A stretch of DNA of 44,034 nucleotides from Bacteroidota bacterium (GTDB lineage Bacteria > Bacteroidota > Bacteroidia > Chitinophagales > CAIODY01): contig JBEEMV010000082.1 of NCBI GenBank assembly GCA_041192505.1, forward strand, positions 1 to 44,034, given 5' to 3'. Below, in pieces: positions 9,580 to 18,872 of this stretch; within the stretch, counting starts at the first letter, position 1, and each line of letters opens with the position of its first letter. The notes under the pieces were generated by a model, which worked only from the letters and a program-made list of their open reading frames with translations, was not told the DNA's origin and made no database searches. The translations under genes and the position numbers were made by a program.

Positions 9580-11853
9580 ATGAAATCAAAATCCATTTAT
9601 CTCTTTCTTGTTTGTATTGTAGCTACTGTAAACTTAAAAACTGCAATGGCTCAAACCATCTTATTTCAACAAAATTTTGATTCCATTCCGCAATTAACAA
9701 TTCCATTAAATTGGGCAAATACACTTGCTTCAAACCCTGTTAGTTTGGGGTGGTACGCCGATAGCACTAATTTTTCATCAGGCTATACAAATGCATCGGG
9801 CATACAAAATTTGGTAATAAAAAATGTAGATAATTCAACAGGAATTTATACAATTGCTTCACCCAATATTTCAACAGTAGGATTTAAAAATATTACAGTT
9901 TTATGGGCATCAAGAGTATCAAATAATTTTACCACTTCGGGTTCAACCACACCAAATTTATTTTATAGTATTAATAATGGTTCGTCTTGGAATAACATTC
10001 CTTACACCGATAATGCTGCCAATAGTACATGGGCTTTGGTAAATAGCGGCGTTCAAATTGCGTTACCCATTGCAGCCAATAATAAATCATCATTAAAATT
10101 AAAATGGGAAATACAAATAGATACTGCAAGCCAAGGCACTTACAGAATTGATGATGTGCAAGTAGAAGGACTTGTGTGTACAAATTCATCCTCTACCACT
10201 AATGCTTCAACATGCAATGGAACACCATTTTTATTTAACAATAATTCATACACCGCAGCAGGCTTACATACTGTAATGTTTAAAAATTATTTGGGATGCG
10301 ATAGTGCTGCAAATCTTAATTTAACTATTCTACAAAATTCAACTTCTAATATTTACGCTACCACATGTGCAGGAACTCCTTATGTTTTTAATAGCAATAG
10401 TTATTCAACAGCTGGAAATTATACAACTCATTTTACAAACTATGTAGGATGCGATAGTGCTGTTACGCTGCATTTATCAATCAAACAAAATTCAACATCT
10501 ACTACAAATGCATCTACCTGTATAGGTGTACCTTATATTTTTAATAGCAATAGTTATTCAATAGCCGGAAGCTATACCATTCACTTAACTAATCATGTAG
10601 GATGTGATAGTGCTGCCACTTTAAACTTAACGATTAAACAAAGTTCTACATCAATTACTAATGCATCTACCTGTTCAGGTGTACCATATATTTTTAATAG
10701 CAATAGTTATTCAACAGCTGGAAGCTACACTGTCCATTTAACAAATTATGTAGGATGCGATAGCGCTACTACTTTAAATTTAGTAGTAAGTAATTCATTA
10801 ACTCCATCAGTAAATATAGTTTCATCTACCATTTCTATTTGCTCGGGCACAGCAATATCATTTACCGCAACACCCACCAACGGAGGACTAACACCCGTTT
10901 ATCAGTGGCAAAAAAATGGTGGTAACGTAGGTAACAATAATGCTGTTTACTCTTCTAATTCTTTATTAAATGGTGATATAATTACTTGCTTAATCACAAG
11001 TAGTTTGAGCTGTGTAAATTCAGGTAGCAATCCAGCAACAAGCAATTCAATCACCATTCATGTATTGCCTTCAAGTTCATCTATCACTTATGCCAATATT
11101 TGTAATGGCATGAATTATCAATTCAATAATTTTAATTACTCATCAGCTGGCACATACACTATTCATTTAACCAATCATGTAGGATGCGATAGCGCTGCTA
11201 CTTTAATTTTAAGTACTAATCAAGCATCAAGCTCATTTACAAATGCAACCATTTGCCCTAATCAATTATATAATTTTAATGGCAACAATTATAGCGCAGC
11301 AGGCAATTATACAATACATTTAACTAACCATGCAGGATGTGATAGCGTAGCAAATTTATCATTAAATTTTATTCAAATAAGCACAGGTGTTTCGTCAACA
11401 AATGCTGGATTAACCTGCCTTGCAGCACAAAATAATGCTCAATATCAATGGATAGATTGTAACACAAATTTAATTATAATGGGTGCCAATTCTAAATCAT
11501 ACACACCCTATAAAAACGGAGATTATAAATGTATCATTAAATTAAATAATTGCTACGATACAACACCATGCATGAAAATATTGGGCAATGTTGGAGTAGA
11601 AAAAATAGCAACCTCAACATCAATTACATTAAATTCAAACCCAACTAATGGACTCTTAAAAATTTCATTCAATAAAATTATTTCAACAAAAATAATTTTA
11701 ACAAGTATGATTGGTAATCAATTAGCAGAGTGGAAAATGGACAACGAAACAGAAAAAACAATTGATATAACTGAATTTGCCGCAGGAATATATTTTATTA
11801 GGTTTATCAATTTTGATGGCGAACATCAAACTATAAAAATAAATAAGCAATAA
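9580..11853 (+). CDS. Large secreted repeat protein: choice-of-anchor-J-like N-domain, six Cys-containing 51-aa modules, an Ig-like segment and a T9SS type-A CTD
   Basis: ATG 9580 opens MKSKSIYLFLVCIVATVNLKTAMAQ. The module STS.TNASTC.G.PY.FNSNSYS.AGSYT.HLTN.VGCDSA.TLNL occurs six times. The C-terminus ITLNSNPTNGLLKISF...IDITEFAAGIYFIRFINFDGEHQTIKINKQ is a sorting domain. Confidence 0.85.
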   Translation: MKSKSIYLFLVCIVATVNLKTAMAQTILFQQNFDSIPQLTIPLNWANTLASNPVSLGWYADSTNFSSGYTNASGIQNLVIKNVDNSTGIYTIASPNISTVGFKNITVLWASRVSNNFTTSGSTTPNLFYSINNGSSWNNIPYTDNAANSTWALVNSGVQIALPIAANNKSSLKLKWEIQIDTASQGTYRIDDVQVEGLVCTNSSSTTNASTCNGTPFLFNNNSYTAAGLHTVMFKNYLGCDSAANLNLTILQNSTSNIYATTCAGTPYVFNSNSYSTAGNYTTHFTNYVGCDSAVTLHLSIKQNSTSTTNASTCIGVPYIFNSNSYSIAGSYTIHLTNHVGCDSAATLNLTIKQSSTSITNASTCSGVPYIFNSNSYSTAGSYTVHLTNYVGCDSATTLNLVVSNSLTPSVNIVSSTISICSGTAISFTATPTNGGLTPVYQWQKNGGNVGNNNAVYSSNSLLNGDIITCLITSSLSCVNSGSNPATSNSITIHVLPSSSSITYANICNGMNYQFNNFNYSSAGTYTIHLTNHVGCDSAATLILSTNQASSSFTNATICPNQLYNFNGNNYSAAGNYTIHLTNHAGCDSVANLSLNFIQISTGVSSTNAGLTCLAAQNNAQYQWIDCNTNLIIMGANSKSYTPYKNGDYKCIIKLNNCYDTTPCMKILGNVGVEKIATSTSITLNSNPTNGLLKISFNKIISTKIILTSMIGNQLAEWKMDNETEKTIDITEFAAGIYFIRFINFDGEHQTIKINKQ
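10186..10797 (+). repeat. Four exact-period tandem coding repeats (4 x 153 nt)
   Basis: Units start at 10186, 10339, 10492 and 10645, each opening with a Ser codon. Units 3 and 4 share long near-identical DNA runs (aatgcatctacctgt..aggtgtacc.tatatttttaatagcaatagttattcaa). Confidence 0.9.
11074..11379 (+). repeat. Two further copies of the same 153-nt module
   Basis: Units start at 11074 (SSSITYANICNGMNYQFNN...) and 11227 (SSSFTNATICPNQLYNFNG...). Both end in HLTNH.GCDS. Confidence 0.85.
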
Positions 11854-11854
11854 G

Positions 11855-12733
11855 CTATTTCATTTGATGATATAAATTTCTAACTAATCCATCAGCCAAT
11901 CCAAATTTCGGAACATAGATTTCATCAATGTTTGCCCAGCGCATAATGCTGTTGTAAATTTGTAAAGCAGGCATAATTACATCAGCTCTATCTTCACGAA
12001 GATTGTATTTAATCATTCGTTCTTCCACAGTCATTTTTCCTAATTCATCAAAATAATCTCTCAAAACACTTGATGGCAAAGGTTTACCATCCTTTCGTTT
12101 TGATAAGCCAAATATTTTATTGATGTTACCACCCGAGCCAATGCCTTGTAAATTCTTAAAATTTTTTGTTTCCGATTTTACAAATTCTTTAAATCGCTGC
12201 CATTCCTTATCATCCACTTTATTCTTTAACATTCGTATTGTACCAATGTTAAACGATTCTTCAAAAACAGGTTTACCATTGTCAAACAGCGTTAATTCTG
12301 TACTGCCGCCACCCACATCAATATATAAGTAAGAATGTTCTTTATCCAAAAATGTTTCAATATGATTTTGAAAAATTGTATCCGCTTCTTCCTTACCACT
12401 TATTACTTTTATTGTAATACCAGTTTGTTGTTTTACTCTTCCAATTATAGCTTCCGAATTTCGGGCATCTCTCATTGCCGAAGTGGCACAAGCTATATAA
12501 TTTTCTACTTCATGTACCTTCATCAAATAATTATATGAACGCAAAGTATTTAAAATATCTTCTTCTTTTTTTGCCGAAATAAAACCATGCTCAAACACAT
12601 CAAAACCTAAGCGCAAAGGCACTCTTACCAAATTTAATTTAATAAATTGAGGGTTTAGTTTATCGCTTTCTAACACATCACAAATCAGTAATCGTGCAGC
12701 ATTACTTCCAATATCAATAGCAGCTATTTTCAA
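11855..12733 (-). CDS. ppx: Exopolyphosphatase, Ppx/GppA family (short form)
   Basis: MKIAAIDIGSNAARLLICDV... and DVGGGSTEL are ASKHA-fold phosphate-binding motifs typical of Ppx/GppA. The gene lies immediately downstream of ppk1 on the same strand. Confidence 0.8.
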   Translation of the reverse strand: MKIAAIDIGSNAARLLICDVLESDKLNPQFIKLNLVRVPLRLGFDVFEHGFISAKKEEDILNTLRSYNYLMKVHEVENYIACATSAMRDARNSEAIIGRVKQQTGITIKVISGKEEADTIFQNHIETFLDKEHSYLYIDVGGGSTELTLFDNGKPVFEESFNIGTIRMLKNKVDDKEWQRFKEFVKSETKNFKNLQGIGSGGNINKIFGLSKRKDGKPLPSSVLRDYFDELGKMTVEERMIKYNLREDRADVIMPALQIYNSIMRWANIDEIYVPKFGLADGLVRNLYHQMK

Positions 12734-12807
12734 AATTTGTAAATCGTTATTCGTTAAAAATTAATTGTAAATGCAAGCGCAAGATAAGTGTATAACGATT
12801 TTTTTGT

Positions 12808-14868
12808 CTAATTTTTTTCTGCTAAATATTTCATGATTTCTACTTGTGAGCGGATTTTTTTCTTATTGTTATCCGTTCTATAATTATTACTTAATTTATT
12901 ATCTAAGGTTCGAGCTTTTACATTATCCATTAATTGCAAATTAAGAATCTCTTTCAATTCCTTTTTTAATGAAATATTGTTTATTGGGCAAGTAGCTTCA
13001 ACTCTATGATTTAAATTTCTAACCATCCAATCGGCTGATGAAATAAATATTTTTTCATCGCCTGCATGATGAAACATGAATACACGAGCATGTTCTAAGT
13101 ATTCATCTACAATACTGATGGCATGTAAATGATGTTTTAGTTTTGGCAAATCAGTCATCATACAAAAAATACCACGAACAATTAATTTGATTTTTACACC
13201 ATGTTTTGCAGCGTCGTACAATTGTTCAATCAAAATTTCATCCGATAATGAATTCATTTTTAAAATCATTTCGGCATGCTTTCCTTTTTTTGCTTGCTTA
13301 ATTTCAAAATCAATTAATTCAGTAATTTTTGTTCGCAAATTTTTAGGACAAGTTAAAAGTTGGGTGCACTCATCAATCAATTTTTCATTTTCATTTGGCT
13401 TTTCAAGATACTGAAAAATTCTTTCTACATCAGCCATTATAGAGGTATTGGAGGTAAGTAAACAAAAATCAGAATACACTTTTGCTGTTTTTTCATTTAA
13501 ATTACCAGTACTTACAAATCCATATTTTTTACTTCTATTTCCAACTTTCTTTTTTATCACACAAGCCTTTGCATGAACTTTCATTTGCGGAATTCCTAAC
13601 AATACTTTCACACCCTCTTCTTCTAAAACACTCTTCCAATTTAAGTTGGCTTCTTCATCAAATCTTGCTCTTAATTCAAGCATCACCGTTACCTGTTTTC
13701 CATTTCTGGCTGCATTAATTAATGCATTCATTACTTTAGAATTTGATGCCACACGATAGGCTGTAATTTGTATGCTTATTACATCTGCATCCATTGCCGC
13801 TTCTCTTAATAAATCAATTAATGTATCAAATGAATGGTACGGAAAACTAAGCAATACATCCTTTTGCAAAACAACATCTGTTACTCTTGGCGAATTTTTA
13901 AATGCCGAATGAGTAATTATTTTACGTTGCGATTTTTGTTGAGGAAACACATTTGGAAACTCCATAAAATCACGAAAATTATGAATCCTACCACCTGGTA
14001 TTACATTATCTTTCGAAATAATAGCTTGGCGTTTAAATAGATAACTTAACAATCTCGAATCCATTTCTTTATCATACACCAATCGCACCGTTTTTGCTTT
14101 TTTTCTTTTCTTCAATCCTGCTTCAATTTTCTGAATCAAATTTGTGTTCACATCATTATCCAAATCAATTTCTGCATCTTTTGTTACTTTAAAAATCCAT
14201 GCATCAAATTGGTCGAAATCCATATGTGCAAAAATGTATTTTAAATTAAATCTGATTACATCTTCTAATAAAATAATTTGTGTTTGATGATTAGCCGATG
14301 GCAATAAAACAAATCTGCTCATTACTCTTGAAGGTATTTCGATAACTGCAAACTTATGCTGGTAAGCATTTGTAGACGATGACATTTGCACCGCCAAATA
14401 AATTGATTTATCTCGAAGGTTTGGAAATACTGGAATACTTTCAATCATCAATGGAATGATATTGCTTCTAACTTCGGTATCAAAATATTGCTGAACAAAT
14501 TTTTGTTGAGATGCCGATAATTGTTTTTCGGTTTTGATAAATACATTATTGCGTTTCATCTCAACAATTATTTCATTCCAAATTCTATAAAATTCATTTT
14601 GTTGAAGCAAAACTATTTGATGAATTTCTTCCATGATGCGTTTTGGATTTTTTTCCATGTGCATTCTTAAATCTGCTTTCTTTCCAAACTCTAACATACG
14701 TGTTAAAGTAGCTACCCTTACTCTAAAAAATTCATCTAAATTATTCGAGAAAATTCCCAAAAAACGAATGCGTTCTTTTAATGGAACACTCTTATCTGCT
14801 GCTTCCTGTAGCACTCTACCATTAAATGATAGCCAACTAATATCTCGTACAATAAACTTCTTTTTCAT
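12808..14868 (-). CDS. ppk: Polyphosphate kinase 1
   Basis: The N-terminus reads RDISWLSFNGRVLQEAADKSVPLKERIRFLGIFSNNLDEFF. KVHAK and two PLD-like C-terminal domains are present, and the length is ~686 aa. I moved the start to the internal ATG at 14868 (MKKKFIVRD). Confidence 0.9.
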   Translation of the reverse strand: MKKKFIVRDISWLSFNGRVLQEAADKSVPLKERIRFLGIFSNNLDEFFRVRVATLTRMLEFGKKADLRMHMEKNPKRIMEEIHQIVLLQQNEFYRIWNEIIVEMKRNNVFIKTEKQLSASQQKFVQQYFDTEVRSNIIPLMIESIPVFPNLRDKSIYLAVQMSSSTNAYQHKFAVIEIPSRVMSRFVLLPSANHQTQIILLEDVIRFNLKYIFAHMDFDQFDAWIFKVTKDAEIDLDNDVNTNLIQKIEAGLKKRKKAKTVRLVYDKEMDSRLLSYLFKRQAIISKDNVIPGGRIHNFRDFMEFPNVFPQQKSQRKIITHSAFKNSPRVTDVVLQKDVLLSFPYHSFDTLIDLLREAAMDADVISIQITAYRVASNSKVMNALINAARNGKQVTVMLELRARFDEEANLNWKSVLEEEGVKVLLGIPQMKVHAKACVIKKKVGNRSKKYGFVSTGNLNEKTAKVYSDFCLLTSNTSIMADVERIFQYLEKPNENEKLIDECTQLLTCPKNLRTKITELIDFEIKQAKKGKHAEMILKMNSLSDEILIEQLYDAAKHGVKIKLIVRGIFCMMTDLPKLKHHLHAISIVDEYLEHARVFMFHHAGDEKIFISSADWMVRNLNHRVEATCPINNISLKKELKEILNLQLMDNVKARTLDNKLSNNYRTDNNKKKIRSQVEIMKYLAEKN

Positions 14869-15026
14869 AAAAAAACTAAGGCTTAAATATAAGTGTTGCA
14901 ATATTATTCAAACAATGATTTGCGTTATGTTTAGGTTAAGTTTTCAATTTTTTTAAAATTCATTTAGTGTTAATCATTACGTTACAATTTAGTAACAACA
15001 AGGATAGAATTTTGCGTAAAACTAAA

Positions 15027-15848
15027 ATGAATTTAAAAAGAGAATTGGAAGTTGTTGTTATCAGTGATGTTCACTTGGGTACTTATGGCAGCCATGCTAA
15101 AGAACTACTTAATTATTTAAAATCAATTCGCCCTCATACCCTTATTTTAAATGGTGATATAATTGATATTTGGAATTTTCGTAAAAGCTATTTTCCTGCA
15201 TCGCACATGGATGTTTTGCGCCGAATAATGAAGATGGCAAGCAAAGGCACAAAGGTAATTTACATTACCGGCAATCATGATGATATGCTAAGAAAATATA
15301 CCGATTTACAATTGGGCAATCTTCAAATTGTAGATAAATATTTTTTACAATTGGATAAAAAAAAGGCTTGGATTTTTCATGGTGATGTGTTTGATAATAC
15401 AACCAAAGGTTCAGCTAAACTGCTGGCAAAGATGGGTGGAAAAGGTTATGATTGGCTGATTTTGATAAACCGAATGATGAATTGGTGTTTAGAAAAAATG
15501 GGAAAAGAAAAAATTTCGTTCTCGAAAAAAATAAAAGACAGTGTAAAAAAAGCAGTGTCGTGGATTAATAATTTTGAAACTACAGCCGCCGAATTAGCAA
15601 TCGAAAAAAAATATGATTATGTGATTTGCGGACATATTCATAAACCTCAAAACAGAATTATTACTACCGAAAAAGGAAGTGTACAATATTTAAACAGTGG
15701 CGATTGGGTGGAGAACCTTACAGCACTTGAGTTTAATGATGGTGAATGGAATATTTATCAATATGAGCAAAGCAAAATAAAAATTATTTCATCTGAAAAA
15801 GAAGAAGAAAATGAGATGGATTTTTTAACAAAAATTTTGGCTTCGTAA
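15027..15848 (+). CDS. Calcineurin-like metallophosphoesterase, LpxH-like (candidate UDP-2,3-diacylglucosamine diphosphatase)
   Basis: Motifs present: VVISDVHLG, NGDIIDIW, GNHDD, HGDVFD, CGHIHKP. I moved the start to ATG 15027 (MNLKRELEVVV). Confidence 0.65.
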   Translation: MNLKRELEVVVISDVHLGTYGSHAKELLNYLKSIRPHTLILNGDIIDIWNFRKSYFPASHMDVLRRIMKMASKGTKVIYITGNHDDMLRKYTDLQLGNLQIVDKYFLQLDKKKAWIFHGDVFDNTTKGSAKLLAKMGGKGYDWLILINRMMNWCLEKMGKEKISFSKKIKDSVKKAVSWINNFETTAAELAIEKKYDYVICGHIHKPQNRIITTEKGSVQYLNSGDWVENLTALEFNDGEWNIYQYEQSKIKIISSEKEEENEMDFLTKILAS

Positions 15849-15863
15849 AATTTAAATTATAAA

Positions 15864-16550
15864 ATGAGTGTTGTAAAAAATAAAATTTTACTTGCAGATG
15901 ATGAACAAGATATTCTTGATTTTTTACAATTCACGTTTGAATCAAATGGGTTTGAAGTTGCCACTGCAAAAGATGGAATTCAGGCAATAAAATTAGCAAA
16001 GCAGTTTACTCCTGATATTTTTTTATTAGATATAATGATGCCAAACCTTGAAGGTACAAGCGTTTGCGAATATTTACGAAAAACAGAAGAATTTAAAAAT
16101 ACACCCATCGTTTTTTTAACAGCCCAAAATAATGAAGAAACAGAAGTGAATGCTTTTAATATTGGCGCCGATGATTTTATTGCAAAACCAATAAAACCAA
16201 AAGCATTGTTATTGCGAATAAATAAAATTTTAGTTACAAAAAAGACAGCTGCACAAACCGAAAATAAAATTACATCTGTTGGACATTTAATTTTAAACCA
16301 CGAAAATCTTTCTGTAAAATTTAAACAGCAACAAATTGAATTAGCAAAAAAAGAATTTCAGTTAATTGAAATGTTAGCATCAAAACCTGGAAAAGTATTT
16401 ACCCGAAAAGAAATTTTTAATAAAATATGGGGAACATCATTAGTAATGGGCGATAGAACAATTGATGTACATGTTAGAAAAATAAGAATGAAAACATCTA
16501 ACGATTTTATTACTACAATTAAAGGCGTTGGGTTTAAAATTGAAGAATGA
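15864..16550 (+). CDS. OmpR/PhoB-family response regulator (receiver plus winged-helix domain)
   Basis: The acidic pocket ADDEQD, the phospho-acceptor context IFLLDIMMP and the conserved Lys in IAKPIK are all present. The C-terminus ends in RTIDVHVRKIR...IKGVGFKI. Confidence 0.85.
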   Translation: MSVVKNKILLADDEQDILDFLQFTFESNGFEVATAKDGIQAIKLAKQFTPDIFLLDIMMPNLEGTSVCEYLRKTEEFKNTPIVFLTAQNNEETEVNAFNIGADDFIAKPIKPKALLLRINKILVTKKTAAQTENKITSVGHLILNHENLSVKFKQQQIELAKKEFQLIEMLASKPGKVFTRKEIFNKIWGTSLVMGDRTIDVHVRKIRMKTSNDFITTIKGVGFKIEE

Positions 16551-16566
16551 TTAAATAAATTTTTGT

Positions 16567-17265
16567 TTAGTTCATCACTACCGCAATAGTGGCTACACTT
16601 ACTTTTACGCCTTCAATTTGATTTAATATTGAAATACACGAATCTAATGTAGCGCCAGTAGTTAGTACATCATCTACCAATAAAATATGTTTATGTTTTA
16701 GTAATTCTTCATTAGGGCAATCAAAATCGCTTTCTACATTTTTCCATCGTTCTAATCTTTTTTTTCGGGTTTGCGATTCTTTTAAATTCAATCTTATTAA
16801 TCCTTTAGGCAATACTTTTTTTTGCATTAAATTACCTAATCCAATGGCAAAATATTCGCTTTGGTTATAACCCCTTTTTTCTAATTTTTTATCATGCAAA
16901 GGCACTGGCACAATACAATCTACTTGCATATAATTGTGTTGTGTGGCTAATATACTTCCATACTTTTCGCCCAAATAAATGCCTATTTCTTTTTTGCTTT
17001 TATATTTAAGTTGATGCATCAAATGCTGTATCATACCATGTTTCGAGAACAAAGTCATGCTTGTACCATATTCAATTTTGGCTCTGCCCGTAAATTTTTC
17101 TGATACATAATTTACACTATGTAAATGAAACGGAGTGATAGCAATATTACTATCACATATCATGCATAATACTTTTGTATTTACATGCAAAGGCTTACCA
17201 CACCCCATACAAGGATTAGGAAAAAATAAATGAAAAACTGAAGAGAATATAGCTGTTAGTTTCAT
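16567..17265 (-). CDS. comF: ComF-family phosphoribosyltransferase-like protein
   Basis: The N-terminus carries Cys pairs (CMGCG...CMIC). The PRTase motif ILLVDDVLTTGATL is present. Confidence 0.75.
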   Translation of the reverse strand: MKLTAIFSSVFHLFFPNPCMGCGKPLHVNTKVLCMICDSNIAITPFHLHSVNYVSEKFTGRAKIEYGTSMTLFSKHGMIQHLMHQLKYKSKKEIGIYLGEKYGSILATQHNYMQVDCIVPVPLHDKKLEKRGYNQSEYFAIGLGNLMQKKVLPKGLIRLNLKESQTRKKRLERWKNVESDFDCPNEELLKHKHILLVDDVLTTGATLDSCISILNQIEGVKVSVATIAVVMN

Positions 17266-17292
17266 TTTTACTAAATGAAAACTTACTTAAAA

Positions 17293-17592
17293 TTAAGCGC
17301 CTACTTTTTCTTTGCGCTTAATTAATTGCTTTTTAATTTGATCAATTGCTAAATCTAAAGCAGCTTCAAACATATTGCTGGTTTGGCTTGTAAATAAATC
17401 GGCACCAGGCACATGCAATCTTATTTCTAATACCTTTTCTTTAACTGGTGCATCGTTATTATCTAATTTTAAATATACATCTGCACGTTCAATTTTAGCA
17501 AAATAATGTTCTAAATGACCTACTTTTTCGTTGATTGTTTCTATCAACTTAGTATCTGGCGTAAAATGGATAGAATGGATTTGAATGTTCAT
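17293..17592 (-). CDS. hpf: Ribosome hibernation-promoting factor (short HPF/RaiA family)
   Basis: This 99-aa protein begins MNIQIHSIHFTPDTKLIETINEKVGHLEHYF... Size and sequence are typical of sigma-54-modulation/S30EA family proteins. Confidence 0.8.
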   Translation of the reverse strand: MNIQIHSIHFTPDTKLIETINEKVGHLEHYFAKIERADVYLKLDNNDAPVKEKVLEIRLHVPGADLFTSQTSNMFEAALDLAIDQIKKQLIKRKEKVGA

Positions 17593-17692
17593 GCTGCTCT
17601 GTTTTATGTGGTTATTAATTTAATTATTTATAAATACAAAACGAAAGTACAATGATGATGATTAAATGTCAATAGTACAATCGCTTATTTTT

Positions 17693-18577
17693 TTACGCTC
17701 TTGGATGAGCCTGCTTAAATGCTTTCTTTAATTTTTCAATAGTGTTGTGTGTATAAATTTGTGTGGCTGCAAGGCTCGAATGCCCCAATAATTCTTTAAT
17801 AGCATTCAAATTTGCACCTTCATTACTTAAATGTGTAGCAAATGAATGGCGTAATACATGCGGACTTTTTTTATCAATAGTAGTTACCAATTTTAAGTAT
17901 TTTTTTACTGTAGTATAAATAAAACCATCGTAAGTTTTTTTACCATTATTGAGCACCATTAAATAATTGTGTAATGTCGATTCTTGCAGTAAATTTCGTT
18001 GGATTAAATAAGTTTCAATCATGGGGTTTAATTGTGGATTTAACGGAATAATCCGTTCTTTATTGCCCTTGCCCAATACTTTTATTTGATGTTGAGCTAA
18101 GTTTACATTAGAGATTGTTAAATTGATTAATTCGCTGCGTCGCAAACCACAATTATATAATAATTCAAAAATCAGCTTATCTCTTAAGCCCGAAAAATCA
18201 TCTGTAAAATTTACTTTATCTAATAAATCTTCCATTCCTTTTTCTTCAACTACATAGGGCAACCGTTTTCCTATTTTGGGCGGAATTACTTTTTGCATCG
18301 GGTTTTTACCAATCGCTTCTTCTTTCAGTAAAAATTTAAAAAAGGTTTTTAGTGTAGATATTTTTCGGTTGATGGATTTGGCAATTATTTTATCATTCAT
18401 TAATTCAACCAACCACGACCGAATATGTTGATGATTAATTTGAGCCAAAGGAAGCTCACCAAATGTGGTTTCTACAAAAAGAAAAAACTGCTTAAGGTCA
18501 TTGCCATAAGCAGTTATAGTATGTTTCGAAAATCTCTTTTCGTATTGTAAGTATTCTAAAAAACGTTCCGTAATCAT
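17693..18577 (-). CDS. xerC: Tyrosine site-specific recombinase, XerC/XerD-like
   Basis: The N-terminal SAM-like domain reads FLEYLQYEKRFSKHTITAYGNDLKQF. The catalytic region contains GLRRSEL, HVLRHSFATHL and LGHSSLAATQIYTH. Confidence 0.85.
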   Translation of the reverse strand: MITERFLEYLQYEKRFSKHTITAYGNDLKQFFLFVETTFGELPLAQINHQHIRSWLVELMNDKIIAKSINRKISTLKTFFKFLLKEEAIGKNPMQKVIPPKIGKRLPYVVEEKGMEDLLDKVNFTDDFSGLRDKLIFELLYNCGLRRSELINLTISNVNLAQHQIKVLGKGNKERIIPLNPQLNPMIETYLIQRNLLQESTLHNYLMVLNNGKKTYDGFIYTTVKKYLKLVTTIDKKSPHVLRHSFATHLSNEGANLNAIKELLGHSSLAATQIYTHNTIEKLKKAFKQAHPRA

Positions 18578-18614
18578 TCCATCAAAAGTAAATTATTTTG
18601 ATGAAAATTCGAAA

Positions 18615-18809
18615 TTAGTCTTTTTGTGTGCCGTATGTTTCACGAACATAAATAGCTTTAAGCACTTCTTTTCTACGAACTACTGAAGGTTTTACAAATG
18701 CCTGACGGCTACGTAATTCTTTCACTGTTTGTGCTTTTTCAAATTTCTTTTTATACTTTTTTAAAAGCTTATCTACTGTGTCGCAATCTTTGTTTGAAAT
18801 AACTAACAT
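18615..18809 (-). CDS. rpsU: 30S ribosomal protein S21
   Basis: The sequence LLKKYKKKFEKAQTVKELRSRQAFVKPSVVRRKEVLKAIY is characteristic of S21. I moved the start to the internal ATG at 18809 (MLVISNKD). Confidence 0.85.
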   Translation of the reverse strand: MLVISNKDCDTVDKLLKKYKKKFEKAQTVKELRSRQAFVKPSVVRRKEVLKAIYVRETYGTQKD

Positions 18810-18872
18810 AATTATTTTTTTGAATTTTTGGGATGGCAAAAGTAAGTATTTTTCTAATAATTACAAATATTT

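Noticed and set aside
10186-11379. Regularly spaced 153-nt repeats as a possible CRISPR-like array
   Set aside because: The repeats are contiguous with no spacers. They are in frame within a long ORF and conserved at the protein level, so they are coding domain repeats.
11851-11857. Convergent genes whose stop codons are 1 nt apart, with no terminator between them
   Set aside because: This is real but unremarkable, since compact convergent junctions are common. I saw no structure suggesting regulation.
12120-14956. Plus-strand ORFs antisense to ppx and ppk (12120-12332, 12335-12538, 13187-13414, 13482-13718, 13834-14040, 14633-14956)
   Set aside because: They are antisense shadows within confidently identified ppx and ppk genes.
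17693-18577. The tyrosine recombinase as a marker of an integrated mobile element or invertible promoter
   Set aside because: It is flanked by rpsU and hpf in what looks like conserved housekeeping synteny. I saw no direct or inverted repeats, tRNA target or cargo genes.
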